A stretch of 64,000 bases of DNA from Nibricoccus sp. (GTDB taxonomy: Bacteria > Verrucomicrobiota > Verrucomicrobiia > Opitutales > Opitutaceae): contig JASGHG010000001.1 of assembly GCA_047602425.1 (NCBI GenBank), forward strand, positions 1,984,001-2,048,000, given 5' to 3'. Shown here one piece after another: positions 19,407 to 27,872 of this stretch (position 1 is its first letter; the number at the start of each line of letters is the position of its first letter). Both the position numbers and the translations under genes were made by a program. The notes below the pieces were generated by a model that saw nothing but the letters and a program-made list of their open reading frames with translations, was not told the DNA's origin and searched no databases.

Positions 19407-20589
19407 TTACGGCTTAGTTGCCTTTAATCGCTCGTTCTGCGCCTTGAGATAAAACACCTCGTTCTGGAGCGAGTTGAGCGATTTTTCCTGCGCGATCTGC
19501 TGCAATGTTAGTTCTTCGATTTTTGCCAGAAGGATGGCCTGCATGTCGCCGACGGAAACGCCGTTGGCGGCAATTTCCTGCGCGGACGGCACACCGGGTA
19601 GGCGCTTCTCGGTTTTGATGTGCTGCTCTACTTCGGAGAGCGACTGTAACTTGTAGCTATCGGCAAACACGTAATCCGACCAACCCGTCGTCTCTACGAT
19701 CACTTCCTTCGCCCGGATCCTGCCATTGACCGAAAGCTTCTCGCCCGGGCTCGTTGTGCCAATGCCGACGTTGCCACCATTCTCTTGGAGCGTAACTGGC
19801 TCTCCGCTTGATGTTGTATATATTGCCAGCCGCCTAGCAGCATTGAACCATTTGATATAGCCTGCCTGACTATACCACGTTCCTAGGCCAAGGTAAGAAT
19901 CCACCGACTGCCCTCCCGAAAGCCACGCCCCATAATAGTCTCCGTCTGAACCCACATTAAACGTTCCTCCAACTACGCTCAACTTTTGCATCGGAGTAGT
20001 CGTGCCGATGCCAATATTGCCGTTTTTAAGAACGGTCCAAGGATTTGAAAACGCTCCGTTATAACCCTCCAATGTGAACATCGAGTCCCGTGCACTGAAT
20101 TGCCATGCAGAAATTGAGGTGTTGTATATGCCTCCACCTGTAACAGCTCTGTTGAAGCCAAGTCCCGCTGTTTCGCCCGCTCGAATGCTGATGGCATTCG
20201 CTCCACCGTCAGAAATCACTAATTTATCTCCAGGATTGGTCGTCCCAATGCCGACATTGCCACCCAATGGGTTAAGCGCAAGAGGGTAGCAAAATCCATT
20301 AGCTCCATTGTTGCGGGTCTGCATCCACCATGCATTCAAGGCGCTTTGATCATAACCCATCGCTAGGTCTACTCCTCCGTTACCCGCAGTGAAATTTACG
20401 ATAGCCGAAGCCGTAGAGTTGAGCGACGGCGCGAACGTCGAAGCATTCTTAACCGTCAAGGCAGATGTCGGACTCGTTGTGCCTATACCAACGTTGCCAG
20501 AAGCAGGCCAAGGATATGTATTTTGGGCGTGGACTACAGTTGCAGCGGCGAGGCTCGAAGGAGGCGAGGAGCAGGAGGTGTTTGCTCAT
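19407..20589 (-). pseudogene. Fibre-like paralogue 1, frameshifted within the signal-peptide region
   Basis: ATG at 20589 gives MSKHLLLLASF, then goes out of frame. The frame of ORF 19407-20459 reads SLAAATVVHA-QNTYPWPASGNVGIGT upstream of 20459 but has no start codon. Removing one base near 20557 restores a normal signal peptide. Confidence 0.8.
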
Positions 20590-21481
20590 AAAGATAGGGT
20601 TGGACGAAGTTAAAGCGGAACAAGTGCAGGCGCAGACCTGCCTTTACCTTGTGGTGCAAGAGGGCGGTGCGACCCAAAAGAACAGCGGGCCGGCTTATTG
20701 GGCCAACTAGCTGCAACCAGCGGTTGGGGTGGCCATGAGCGGGCAGCCTGAGCAAGCTACCGGACAGCCAGAAGCCATGCCGGAAGGCACGGACGTGCGG
20801 AGCGTAACAGCTCGAAAGCATAATTGAAGGGTTGCGCGACAGGTAATGACGGCATGAACGCCATCGGCGTGATGCGATCTGGGGTCCTACCCTATCGCGC
20901 CAAGTCACCCGCCAAGGGTTTCCCACGTGAAAAGAGTTGAATGCTAGATCAGTTCCCAATTCGCCGAACCATTTGCCTGATGTCAATACGTTTTCTTCAG
21001 TTTTTGTGACAGCGCAGCAAATTTCAGGTCACAGCAGTTGCGTCGATCGCACACAAAAACTGCCCACAGCGCCCGTATGGCGTCGGTCAAATTCTAAACC
21101 ACGCTTCAATGGGATTTGCGTTCCCTACAAAAAACCCTTCACCCAATTCTTATCGGCTTTCTTATCGGTTTTGAAACCCCGACTCGCCAAGCAGAGTGAA
21201 AATTCAAAATACTGCACATTGTTCATCTGTCAGTTTACAAACGCAATGGACGTAGATGGACGTCCTTCAGAAAACTTAAAATCCCTTGTCCGAAAGGATG
21301 TGCATCCAAAACCGGCGAGGGTCGAAATGAAGCATACGAACAGAGTATCTAACCGCTAGATTGCCGCTAAAATGGTTAGCTTAAGCCTAACTTTTTGATA
21401 CGGACAGAGGCCATAAATTATAATTAAAACATTTATCTTGAACAACTTACTAAAGTATTTAATTTTCTATAAACTGCCCAA

Positions 21482-21515
21482 ACGCGGGTTCAACCCCCGC
21501 CACCTCCACCAATTT
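21482..21515 (+). repeat. att-like site: displaced tmRNA 3'-end fragment (right copy) with complete T-arm and CCA
   Basis: GCGGG-TTCAACC-CCCGC (T stem-loop), then CACCTCC-ACCA. This matches the usual tmRNA 3' end with the alanine G3:U70-compatible acceptor strand. No tmRNA 5' part lies upstream. Confidence 0.85.
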
Positions 21516-21516
21516 G

Positions 21517-21566
21517 CAAAAAGCGCTGTGACATATTTTTATTTCGCAGCGCTTTTTTGTTTTTTT
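21517..21566 (+). terminator. Rho-independent terminator, probably the native tmRNA terminator and possibly bidirectional
   Basis: CAAAAAGCGCTGTGA ... TCGCAGCGCTTTTTTG stem followed by a T-run. Confidence 0.8.
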
Positions 21567-21632
21567 AAGGGCCGAAGCTCGAAAATGAAAATGCCATAAC
21601 CATCGCTTCGCTCTACGCGTGGCGAGGAGGGG

Positions 21633-22712
21633 TCATAAAAATTCGAGTTGGCGGTCGCCGGGGGGCATAAACGCATCTGTCGAGAGCTCGTGGCGGTTTG
21701 TTTGGAAGCCCAAGCGACGCGCGGTCACTTCAAACATGCGCGCCATCTGATCAGCGAAAAGTCCTGAACCCCGCATGCGTTCGCCCCAGTTTGAGTTATA
21801 AAGCGCACCGTCGCGCATGGCACGCACGCGAGCGAGGACCCGATCTTTCTTCGTTGGCTCGTGCTCGTCCAGCCACGCGCAAAAAATATCCTTCACACCA
21901 TGGGGTAAACGCAGAAGGACATAGCCCGCGCGTGTGGCGCCGGCTTCACGTGCAGCCTCAAGAATGGAAGGTAATTCGTGGTCGGTCAGGCCTGGAATCA
22001 TGGGCGCCGCCAGCACGGAAACCGGGATGCCTGCGGCGGAAAGGCGTCTGATTGTCTCAAGTCGAAGGTTTGGCAAAGAGGCCCGGGGCTCCATTTTGTG
22101 CGCGAGCTCCGAATTCAGAGTGGTGACCGAAATCGTCACATTGGCCGCGTTTGCAGCGGCTAAACTCGCCAGCAGATCGATATCGCGAGAGACAAGAGCG
22201 TTCTTGGTGATAATAGCCACTGGGTTTTTGAAATTGTCCAGCACCTCCAAGCATTGTCGGGTCAGACAAAAATGTCGCTCGGCAGGTTGATAGCAATCCG
22301 TCACGCCGCTCATTACGAGCACCTGCGGCTTCCATTTTCTCGAGGAAAGTTCTTGGCGCAGAAGAATTGGCGCGCGGGTCTTCACGAAAATCTTCGTCTC
22401 GAAATCGAGCCCGGCAGAGAAGCCGAGATATTCGTGAAACGGCCTGGCGAAACAGTATGCACAGCCGTGCTCACAGCCCCGATATACATTGATCGACGTT
22501 TCAAAGCCGACATCAGGACTGTCGTTATGCGTGATAATCGATTCCGCGCTGTCCTCGAAAAACTGTGTCCTTGGCGCCGGCAAATCTTCGGGGTTGAGAG
22601 AAGCATCAGGATCCGGTTCGACTTTGATCCTTTCGAATCTGCCTGAGGGATTTATCGTTGAACCTCTCCCTCGAAAAGCGGCGCTAAATTGATCCGACGT
22701 TTTAGTGTTCAT
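21633..22712 (-). CDS. PA0069-family radical SAM protein (SplB-like)
   Basis: SINVYRGCEHGCAYCFARP (CxxxCxxC), GLDFETKI, SGVTDCYQPAER, MEPRAS, APMIPGLTDHE. The start could extend to 22763. Confidence 0.9.
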   Translation of the reverse strand: MNTKTSDQFSAAFRGRGSTINPSGRFERIKVEPDPDASLNPEDLPAPRTQFFEDSAESIITHNDSPDVGFETSINVYRGCEHGCAYCFARPFHEYLGFSAGLDFETKIFVKTRAPILLRQELSSRKWKPQVLVMSGVTDCYQPAERHFCLTRQCLEVLDNFKNPVAIITKNALVSRDIDLLASLAAANAANVTISVTTLNSELAHKMEPRASLPNLRLETIRRLSAAGIPVSVLAAPMIPGLTDHELPSILEAAREAGATRAGYVLLRLPHGVKDIFCAWLDEHEPTKKDRVLARVRAMRDGALYNSNWGERMRGSGLFADQMARMFEVTARRLGFQTNRHELSTDAFMPPGDRQLEFL

Positions 22713-22768
22713 TTGAACACCTATTGCCATCATAGGGCTTTCGTCAAACGTCGCGGCCGTCAATCAAC

Positions 22769-23284
22769 TCAACGAGCTGCGTCGAGGCGAGTTCCGGCGG
22801 ATTTTTCGGCCGAGCCAAGCACGAGCGGCGCTAATTCGACCCGGAATTTTTCCACAACCTCGCGTTGCGCTGTCGCGCGCTCAATCAGACGCTCAAACGA
22901 AATTCCAATGAAATCTGCCGAACCATCTTCCATCGTTTCGTCCAAGGCACGCCACAATGCTTCCTTCCCCGCGATACCGAGCGAAAGCGCTTCCAAGGCC
23001 TGAAAGGTGGAGAAAGACCTGCGGTTGGCCTTCCGGAGTTTGCGGCGGCCGATATGCGCCGACCAGCGCGCAAGCACTTGGCGACCGCGGGGCGTTTTTG
23101 CACCCAGTTTGTCGGCAATTCGCCGCAGCTCTTCGCGGTCAGCCACAATTTCGTCCATCAGTTTTTCCACCGCCGATCCAAGCAATTCGTCCCGATGCTT
23201 CTCTATGAGAGCCCGAAGCATTTCGATCGCAATTTCCGCTCCACTGAGGTGATTGCCGAGATAGATCTCCAGATTGGTTTTCAT
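22769..23284 (-). CDS. Hypothetical helical (ferritin-like) protein
   Basis: YLGNHLSGA...EALSLGIAGKEALW pattern of a conserved four-helix hypothetical family. Co-oriented and adjacent to stress genes. Confidence 0.6.
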   Translation of the reverse strand: MKTNLEIYLGNHLSGAEIAIEMLRALIEKHRDELLGSAVEKLMDEIVADREELRRIADKLGAKTPRGRQVLARWSAHIGRRKLRKANRRSFSTFQALEALSLGIAGKEALWRALDETMEDGSADFIGISFERLIERATAQREVVEKFRVELAPLVLGSAEKSAGTRLDAAR

Positions 23285-23659
23285 GCGATGAAGACGGTGC
23301 ATCCAGAAGGAGGCTTGGACCGCTAAATGAGGGCAATTCCTTCTATTTTACGGTTCGGCTTGTTCCGACTGCTTTTCGCAGAAATTGAAGCGATCTCTTC
23401 GCCTATTTCTTTCCGGCCTTCCGGATGCCAACGATGACCGCGATGAGGATGATACCGCCGAGAATAAAGAAATTTGTTTCGATACCCATTTTGCCCGCTT
23501 TCCTGTTTTGATAAGTGCGAATGCGCTGAGTCTAAAACTCACGTTTTTCCTCTGCGAAAAAATTTGGGGTTTCACGCCCGGCGTTTGCGTTTTTCCGGCG
23601 GATGTCCGACGTGAAAATCTGCCCGTCGAAACCTATCCCTATCGACCTTTAGCCCTGAA

Positions 23660-23690
23660 CGGGCCGCCGGGATTGAAGCCCGGCGGCCCG
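23660..23690 (-). terminator. GC-rich hairpin downstream of the yciF-like gene
   Basis: CGGGCCGCCGGG-attgaag-CCCGGCGGCCCG, a perfect 12-bp stem with a weak U-tail. Confidence 0.55.
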
Positions 23691-23709
23691 GTTAAAATGG
23701 TCACTGCGC

Positions 23710-24264
23710 CTATCCGCGTCGAGAGCGTGACGACGACGCTGGCTCTTCGCTCTCTTCGGATTCCTCCTCAGATTCCGAACTTTCTTCCAGATCCAAGCCC
23801 ATTGCGATCTCGGTGAGAAGTTTGTCGGTTTTCCCCTCTTCATCGAGGGTTTCCTGGAGGGTCTCCGCGATTTCTTTCTCGCCCGCGATTTCCGCCAAGG
23901 TGCGCGCACCGCCGTAACCGGCAATTTCGTAGTGCTCCACTTTCTGCGCCGCAACGATCAGCGCCATATCCTTGAGCCCGCCTTCGGCGTCCTCCTCGAG
24001 CACCTCCTTGCCTTCCTCAATCAGGCCTTCCATCGCCTTGCATTTTTTTCCTTTTGGCGATTCGCCGAGGGTTTTCATCAGCCGCTCGATGCGCGCGGCG
24101 TGCTCTTTGGTTTCCTCGAGATGGGTTTCGAATGCGGTTTTTAATTCTTCGTTTTGTGCGGCTTTGGCCAAACGCGGCAACGCTTTCGTGAGTTGCATTT
24201 CCGCGCTATAGAGATCCTTGAGCTCTTCGATCAGGAGATCTTTGGGAGTGTTGATGGAAGACAT
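23710..24264 (-). CDS. yciF: YciE/YciF-family ferritin-like protein (DUF892)
   Basis: ELKDLYSAE.QL.KALP, HLEET, C.AMEGLIEE, AAQKVEHYEIAGYG, TLDEE. Confidence 0.88.
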   Translation of the reverse strand: MSSINTPKDLLIEELKDLYSAEMQLTKALPRLAKAAQNEELKTAFETHLEETKEHAARIERLMKTLGESPKGKKCKAMEGLIEEGKEVLEEDAEGGLKDMALIVAAQKVEHYEIAGYGGARTLAEIAGEKEIAETLQETLDEEGKTDKLLTEIAMGLDLEESSESEEESEESEEPASSSRSRRG

Positions 24265-24389
24265 TTTTCGATGGGTTTTGAGTTGAGTTGTTCATCGTAA
24301 AATAGCCCGAACGCGATGCCGGTGACATCGGAGAATTCCCGTGATAGCGCCTCAGACCGACGCGTTACAGTCAGCAGGGAACGTGGCGC

Positions 24390-27300
24390 TCAACCTACGA
24401 CGTGCGGCGCAAGTTCCTCGCGCAATCGACGACAGGCACTGCGCAAGGAGTGCAGGCGCTTTTCCACAAGTTGCCAGTCTTCCGCACGCGCCGCTTCTTC
24501 CAAATCGAGAGAACAGCGACGCACTTGCAGGCCGCCGAATGAAACTGCGTCGCCACCAAAACTATGCGCCGCCTGTGCAAGCGCCCCACCCTGCCGGACG
24601 TTTGCCAATTCAGCCAAGCGATCCAGGCGGCCGGCTTCGTCGTTGAGATAGAGACCGAGGATTTTCGGCAAAACAGATTTTCCCTGCGGATCCTTCAACG
24701 CCCGTGTGGTCTCGAAAACCCGGCGATCGATCACCGGATCGGTGGCAATCGATCCATCACCAGCTCCATTCGGCGCCGAATCAATTCCCAGACGGTCGAA
24801 CACCGCTTCCAATTCGTGCTGGCGGATTGGTTTTGAAATATAATCGGTCATGCCGGCCGCCAGGCATTTCACGCGATCTTCCGGTCGCGCGTAAGCGGTG
24901 ACAGCGATGATCGGCACGGTCGCAGAGATGCCGGGCAGTGTGCCCGAACGGACAAGGCGCGTCGTTTCATAACCATCCAAAAGCGGCATTTGACAGTCCA
25001 TCAGAACCAAATCGTACCGTTTTTGAGCAAGCTTCTCCAAGGCCAGATGCCCATCGGCAGCCTCCTCCGCAAAGCAGCCCATCTTTTTTAGCATAAGCAT
25101 TCCGACTTGGCGGTTTGCCGAACTGTCTTCGACCAACAAAATATTCAACCCATAACGCTTGCCCGCGGGCTTTCCTTCATGCTGGGCGGGCGAGTTTCCA
25201 TTTACCGAAATCGGATTTGGGTCATTAGGCTGGTGCGCTCGCACTGGCGCGAACGACAGCTCAACCCAGAACAACGACCCTTTGCCCTCCGTGCTCTCAA
25301 AGCCAATGGCGCCTCCCATCAATTCGACCAATTGTTGCGAGATCGCGAGTCCCAAGCCCGTCCCGCCAAAACGCCGGGTGGCACTGCCGTCCGCCTGAAC
25401 AAAAGGTTGGAAAATTTTGCCCTGTGCCGCTTGCGGAATTCCGATTCCGGTATCGCGAATTTCAACGCGCAAACGCGTGCGGGTCGCCGCTTCGGCCACC
25501 GGCCGCACGGTTACGGTCACCTCGCCCGCTTCGGTAAACTTAATCGCGTTGCCGATCAAATTGAGCAGCACCTGTCGCACGCGGCCATCGTCCCCCAAAA
25601 CCAAGGTCTCGGACCAGGGAAGAATTTCGCAAGTGAGCTTGAGTTGTTTTTCCAAAGCCCGCCTCGAAAGGAGAGCCACGGTTCCCTGGACTAGTTTTGG
25701 AAAATCGAACTCGACGGTTTCGATCCGCATGCGTCCGGCTTCGATCCGCGAGAAATCCAAAATGTCGTTGATGATGGACAACAAACTTTCCGCACCGCCC
25801 AAAATCGTGCGCGCCATCTCGGTCTGCTCCGCGCTAAGCGGAGTCTCGACCAAAAAGTCCGCCATGCCGATGATGGCGTTCATCGGTGTACGGATTTCAT
25901 GGCTCATGGTCGCGAGAAATTCCGATTTAAGCTTGGAGGCTTCCAAGGCTTGGTCACGGGCCTGAACGAGACTCGTTTCGAGCTGTTTCCGTTCAGTGAT
26001 GTCGAGATTGATGCCGACCACTTTGACGACTTTGCCGTTGACGTCTTTGACCGCGACTTCGGCTGCCTGGATGTTGCGGGTGGCGCCATCGGAAGGCCGG
26101 ATGATCCGAAACTCCCGCCGACTTACACCACCACCCACCGCCAAAAGGCGTTGGAGCTGCAGCTCTTGAGCCGCCAGATCTTCCGGATGCACCGCTTTCG
26201 CCCACGCTTCGCGCGAAACCTCGCGGGATGGCGTCGGCGGAATACCGTAAATCCGAAACATGCCCTCGTCCCAAAATATTTTGCCGTGGTCGATATCCCA
26301 TTCCCACACGGTCACGCCCCCCGCCTCCGCCGCCAGCCGCAAGCGCTCCTCGTTTTCATGCAAGACTGACTCGGCCCGCTTGCGTTCGGTGATATCGGTG
26401 ATGAAGCCGTGCCAGAGCACGCTGCCATCCGCTTCGCGCTCCGGCATCGAATTTCCCAACAACCATTTTTCGCCGCCATCGGCAAAACGCACTCGATATT
26501 CGCAATGCCAGGTTTGCAACGTACGCGCCGAAAGATCGATCGACTGGCTTACCCGCGACAAGTCTTCGGGATGTACAGTGGCCAGAACCTTACCGGCGTT
26601 TTCACGCACTTCCTCGGGACTTACGCCATAAATCTGCTGGATGCCCGCGCTCGAATAAGGAAAGCAATAACTGCCATCCGGCCTGCGGCGGAATTGGAAG
26701 ATCATGCCAGGAACCATCGAGCCGAGTTTGCTCAAGCGCGTCGCAAGCTCGTCGCGAGCCGCCTGGGCTTTCCTGCTTTCCGTAATGTCCACCGCGACAC
26801 CCACGAGCCAGAATTTGCCGGGCTCAAGTTTCGAAATCAAAACCGATTCACGTATCCAAATAAGCTCGTCGCCGCGCAACAGCCGGAACTCCTGAACATA
26901 ACCCGTCTTTCCCGCCTCCATCGCCGCACGCGAACGCTGGTTCATCTCCGCCTGCTCCGGAATTTCGAACTGGTACCACAGGCCCACGCTGGTGACCGGC
27001 TCCTGCTGCCCCGACAACCGGCGATATAGGCCGGAGGGATGAATCGTCATCTTCCAATTCCATTCTCCACCGCCAAGTTCCACCTTTGCCTCCCAGACGA
27101 GACATTCCGCCTGATCGAGCACACGATGCAATCGTTCTTCGCTGGCTTTGAGGGCGGATTCTGCCTTCTTTCGATTGGTTATATCCTGCACCGCGGTCAG
27201 GAAGCCCGTGATCTTTCCATTTTTGTCACGCAGGGCCGTGGTGGCGAGCAGCACCGGCAATCGGCTGCCGTCCTTGCGGACGTAGGTCCACTCACGTTCG

Positions 27301-27872
27301 TCCGGCTTGCCGAGCCGCGCCTGAGCTTCGAATACTTCTGCTCCCGGTTCGATTTTTTGTCCAAGCATCAAACTCAACTCTGAAGCTCTCGCGGCAACCT
27401 CGGATTCCAAGGGCAGAGCCGCCAGCGAACATTTTCCGATGACCTCCGCCTTGGTGTAGCCGAGCATTTGTTCGGCGCCGGCATTAAATTCGCGGATTGT
27501 TCCTCCTGGTTCGGTGGCGATCACGCAAAATCCCGCCGCATCGAGCACGCCGCGCTGCAGTTGATGAGACGCCGCATCCAACAGTTCGGCTAGTTGTGCG
27601 TCTTTGGCTCTTTCGCGCAACTTCCATTCGAATTTGCGTGAAAGATACCATATTGTTACCGCCAAAATCAAAACGCCGACGGCGGCCCCCGCCGCAACGG
27701 TGCCGGCTTTCAGGACGACCGGCGCGGTTCCCACACCGGTCCACAATCTGATCAGGGGAAAATTCAAACACCAACCCGCAAGCACCAAACACGAAAGCAC
27801 CGTCAACCCAATCGCGATGCCACGAACAGCACGCTCCCCCTTCGTCATCACCAAATGTGAATCCGTCTTCAT
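24390..27872 (-). CDS. Hybrid sensor histidine kinase (2 TM, ~4 PAS/PAC, HisKA, HATPase, REC, HPt)
   Basis: Repeated DITxRK PAC ends. FLATMSHEIRTPMN, NLIGNAIKFT, DTGIGI, GGTGLGL. LVEDS..LMDCQMP. AHSFGG HPt motif. Confidence 0.93.
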   Translation of the reverse strand: MKTDSHLVMTKGERAVRGIAIGLTVLSCLVLAGWCLNFPLIRLWTGVGTAPVVLKAGTVAAGAAVGVLILAVTIWYLSRKFEWKLRERAKDAQLAELLDAASHQLQRGVLDAAGFCVIATEPGGTIREFNAGAEQMLGYTKAEVIGKCSLAALPLESEVAARASELSLMLGQKIEPGAEVFEAQARLGKPDEREWTYVRKDGSRLPVLLATTALRDKNGKITGFLTAVQDITNRKKAESALKASEERLHRVLDQAECLVWEAKVELGGGEWNWKMTIHPSGLYRRLSGQQEPVTSVGLWYQFEIPEQAEMNQRSRAAMEAGKTGYVQEFRLLRGDELIWIRESVLISKLEPGKFWLVGVAVDITESRKAQAARDELATRLSKLGSMVPGMIFQFRRRPDGSYCFPYSSAGIQQIYGVSPEEVRENAGKVLATVHPEDLSRVSQSIDLSARTLQTWHCEYRVRFADGGEKWLLGNSMPEREADGSVLWHGFITDITERKRAESVLHENEERLRLAAEAGGVTVWEWDIDHGKIFWDEGMFRIYGIPPTPSREVSREAWAKAVHPEDLAAQELQLQRLLAVGGGVSRREFRIIRPSDGATRNIQAAEVAVKDVNGKVVKVVGINLDITERKQLETSLVQARDQALEASKLKSEFLATMSHEIRTPMNAIIGMADFLVETPLSAEQTEMARTILGGAESLLSIINDILDFSRIEAGRMRIETVEFDFPKLVQGTVALLSRRALEKQLKLTCEILPWSETLVLGDDGRVRQVLLNLIGNAIKFTEAGEVTVTVRPVAEAATRTRLRVEIRDTGIGIPQAAQGKIFQPFVQADGSATRRFGGTGLGLAISQQLVELMGGAIGFESTEGKGSLFWVELSFAPVRAHQPNDPNPISVNGNSPAQHEGKPAGKRYGLNILLVEDSSANRQVGMLMLKKMGCFAEEAADGHLALEKLAQKRYDLVLMDCQMPLLDGYETTRLVRSGTLPGISATVPIIAVTAYARPEDRVKCLAAGMTDYISKPIRQHELEAVFDRLGIDSAPNGAGDGSIATDPVIDRRVFETTRALKDPQGKSVLPKILGLYLNDEAGRLDRLAELANVRQGGALAQAAHSFGGDAVSFGGLQVRRCSLDLEEAARAEDWQLVEKRLHSLRSACRRLREELAPHVVG

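Larger units (their letters stand above)
964..21515. mobile_element. Genomic island integrated at the tmRNA 3' end, integrase absent
   Basis: Flanked by 27-bp direct repeats of the tmRNA 3' end. Visibly lower GC than the backbone right of 21.6 kb. Carries accessory Rhs/fibre cargo. No tyrosine or serine recombinase ORF recognised inside. Confidence 0.75.

Noticed and set aside
10412..20589. CRISPR array or integron cassette array
   Set aside because: The recurring sequences are in-frame coding motifs about 1-1.3 kb apart. There are no cas genes, no attC-like palindromes in the short gaps and no integron integrase.
10412..20589. Shufflon or invertible tail-fibre cassette
   Set aside because: All paralogues are in the same orientation with their own starts and signal peptides. 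No invertase or inverted crossover sites were seen.
20534..21359. ORFs 20534-20986 (-) and 20937-21359 (+)
   Set aside because: No recognisable motifs or protein-like composition. They span the leader and island-end repeats and overlap the true start of paralogue 1.
21130..21511. Complete tmRNA or tRNA-Ala gene
   Set aside because: Only the T-arm and acceptor 3' strand are present. There is no complementary GGGGGTG-like 5' end at tRNA or tmRNA distance. The same holds for the copy at 964.
964..21515. Prophage, tailocin or T6SS locus
   Set aside because: No capsid, terminase, sheath, tube, baseplate, VgrG or PAAR genes recognised. The fibre-like proteins have Sec signal peptides.
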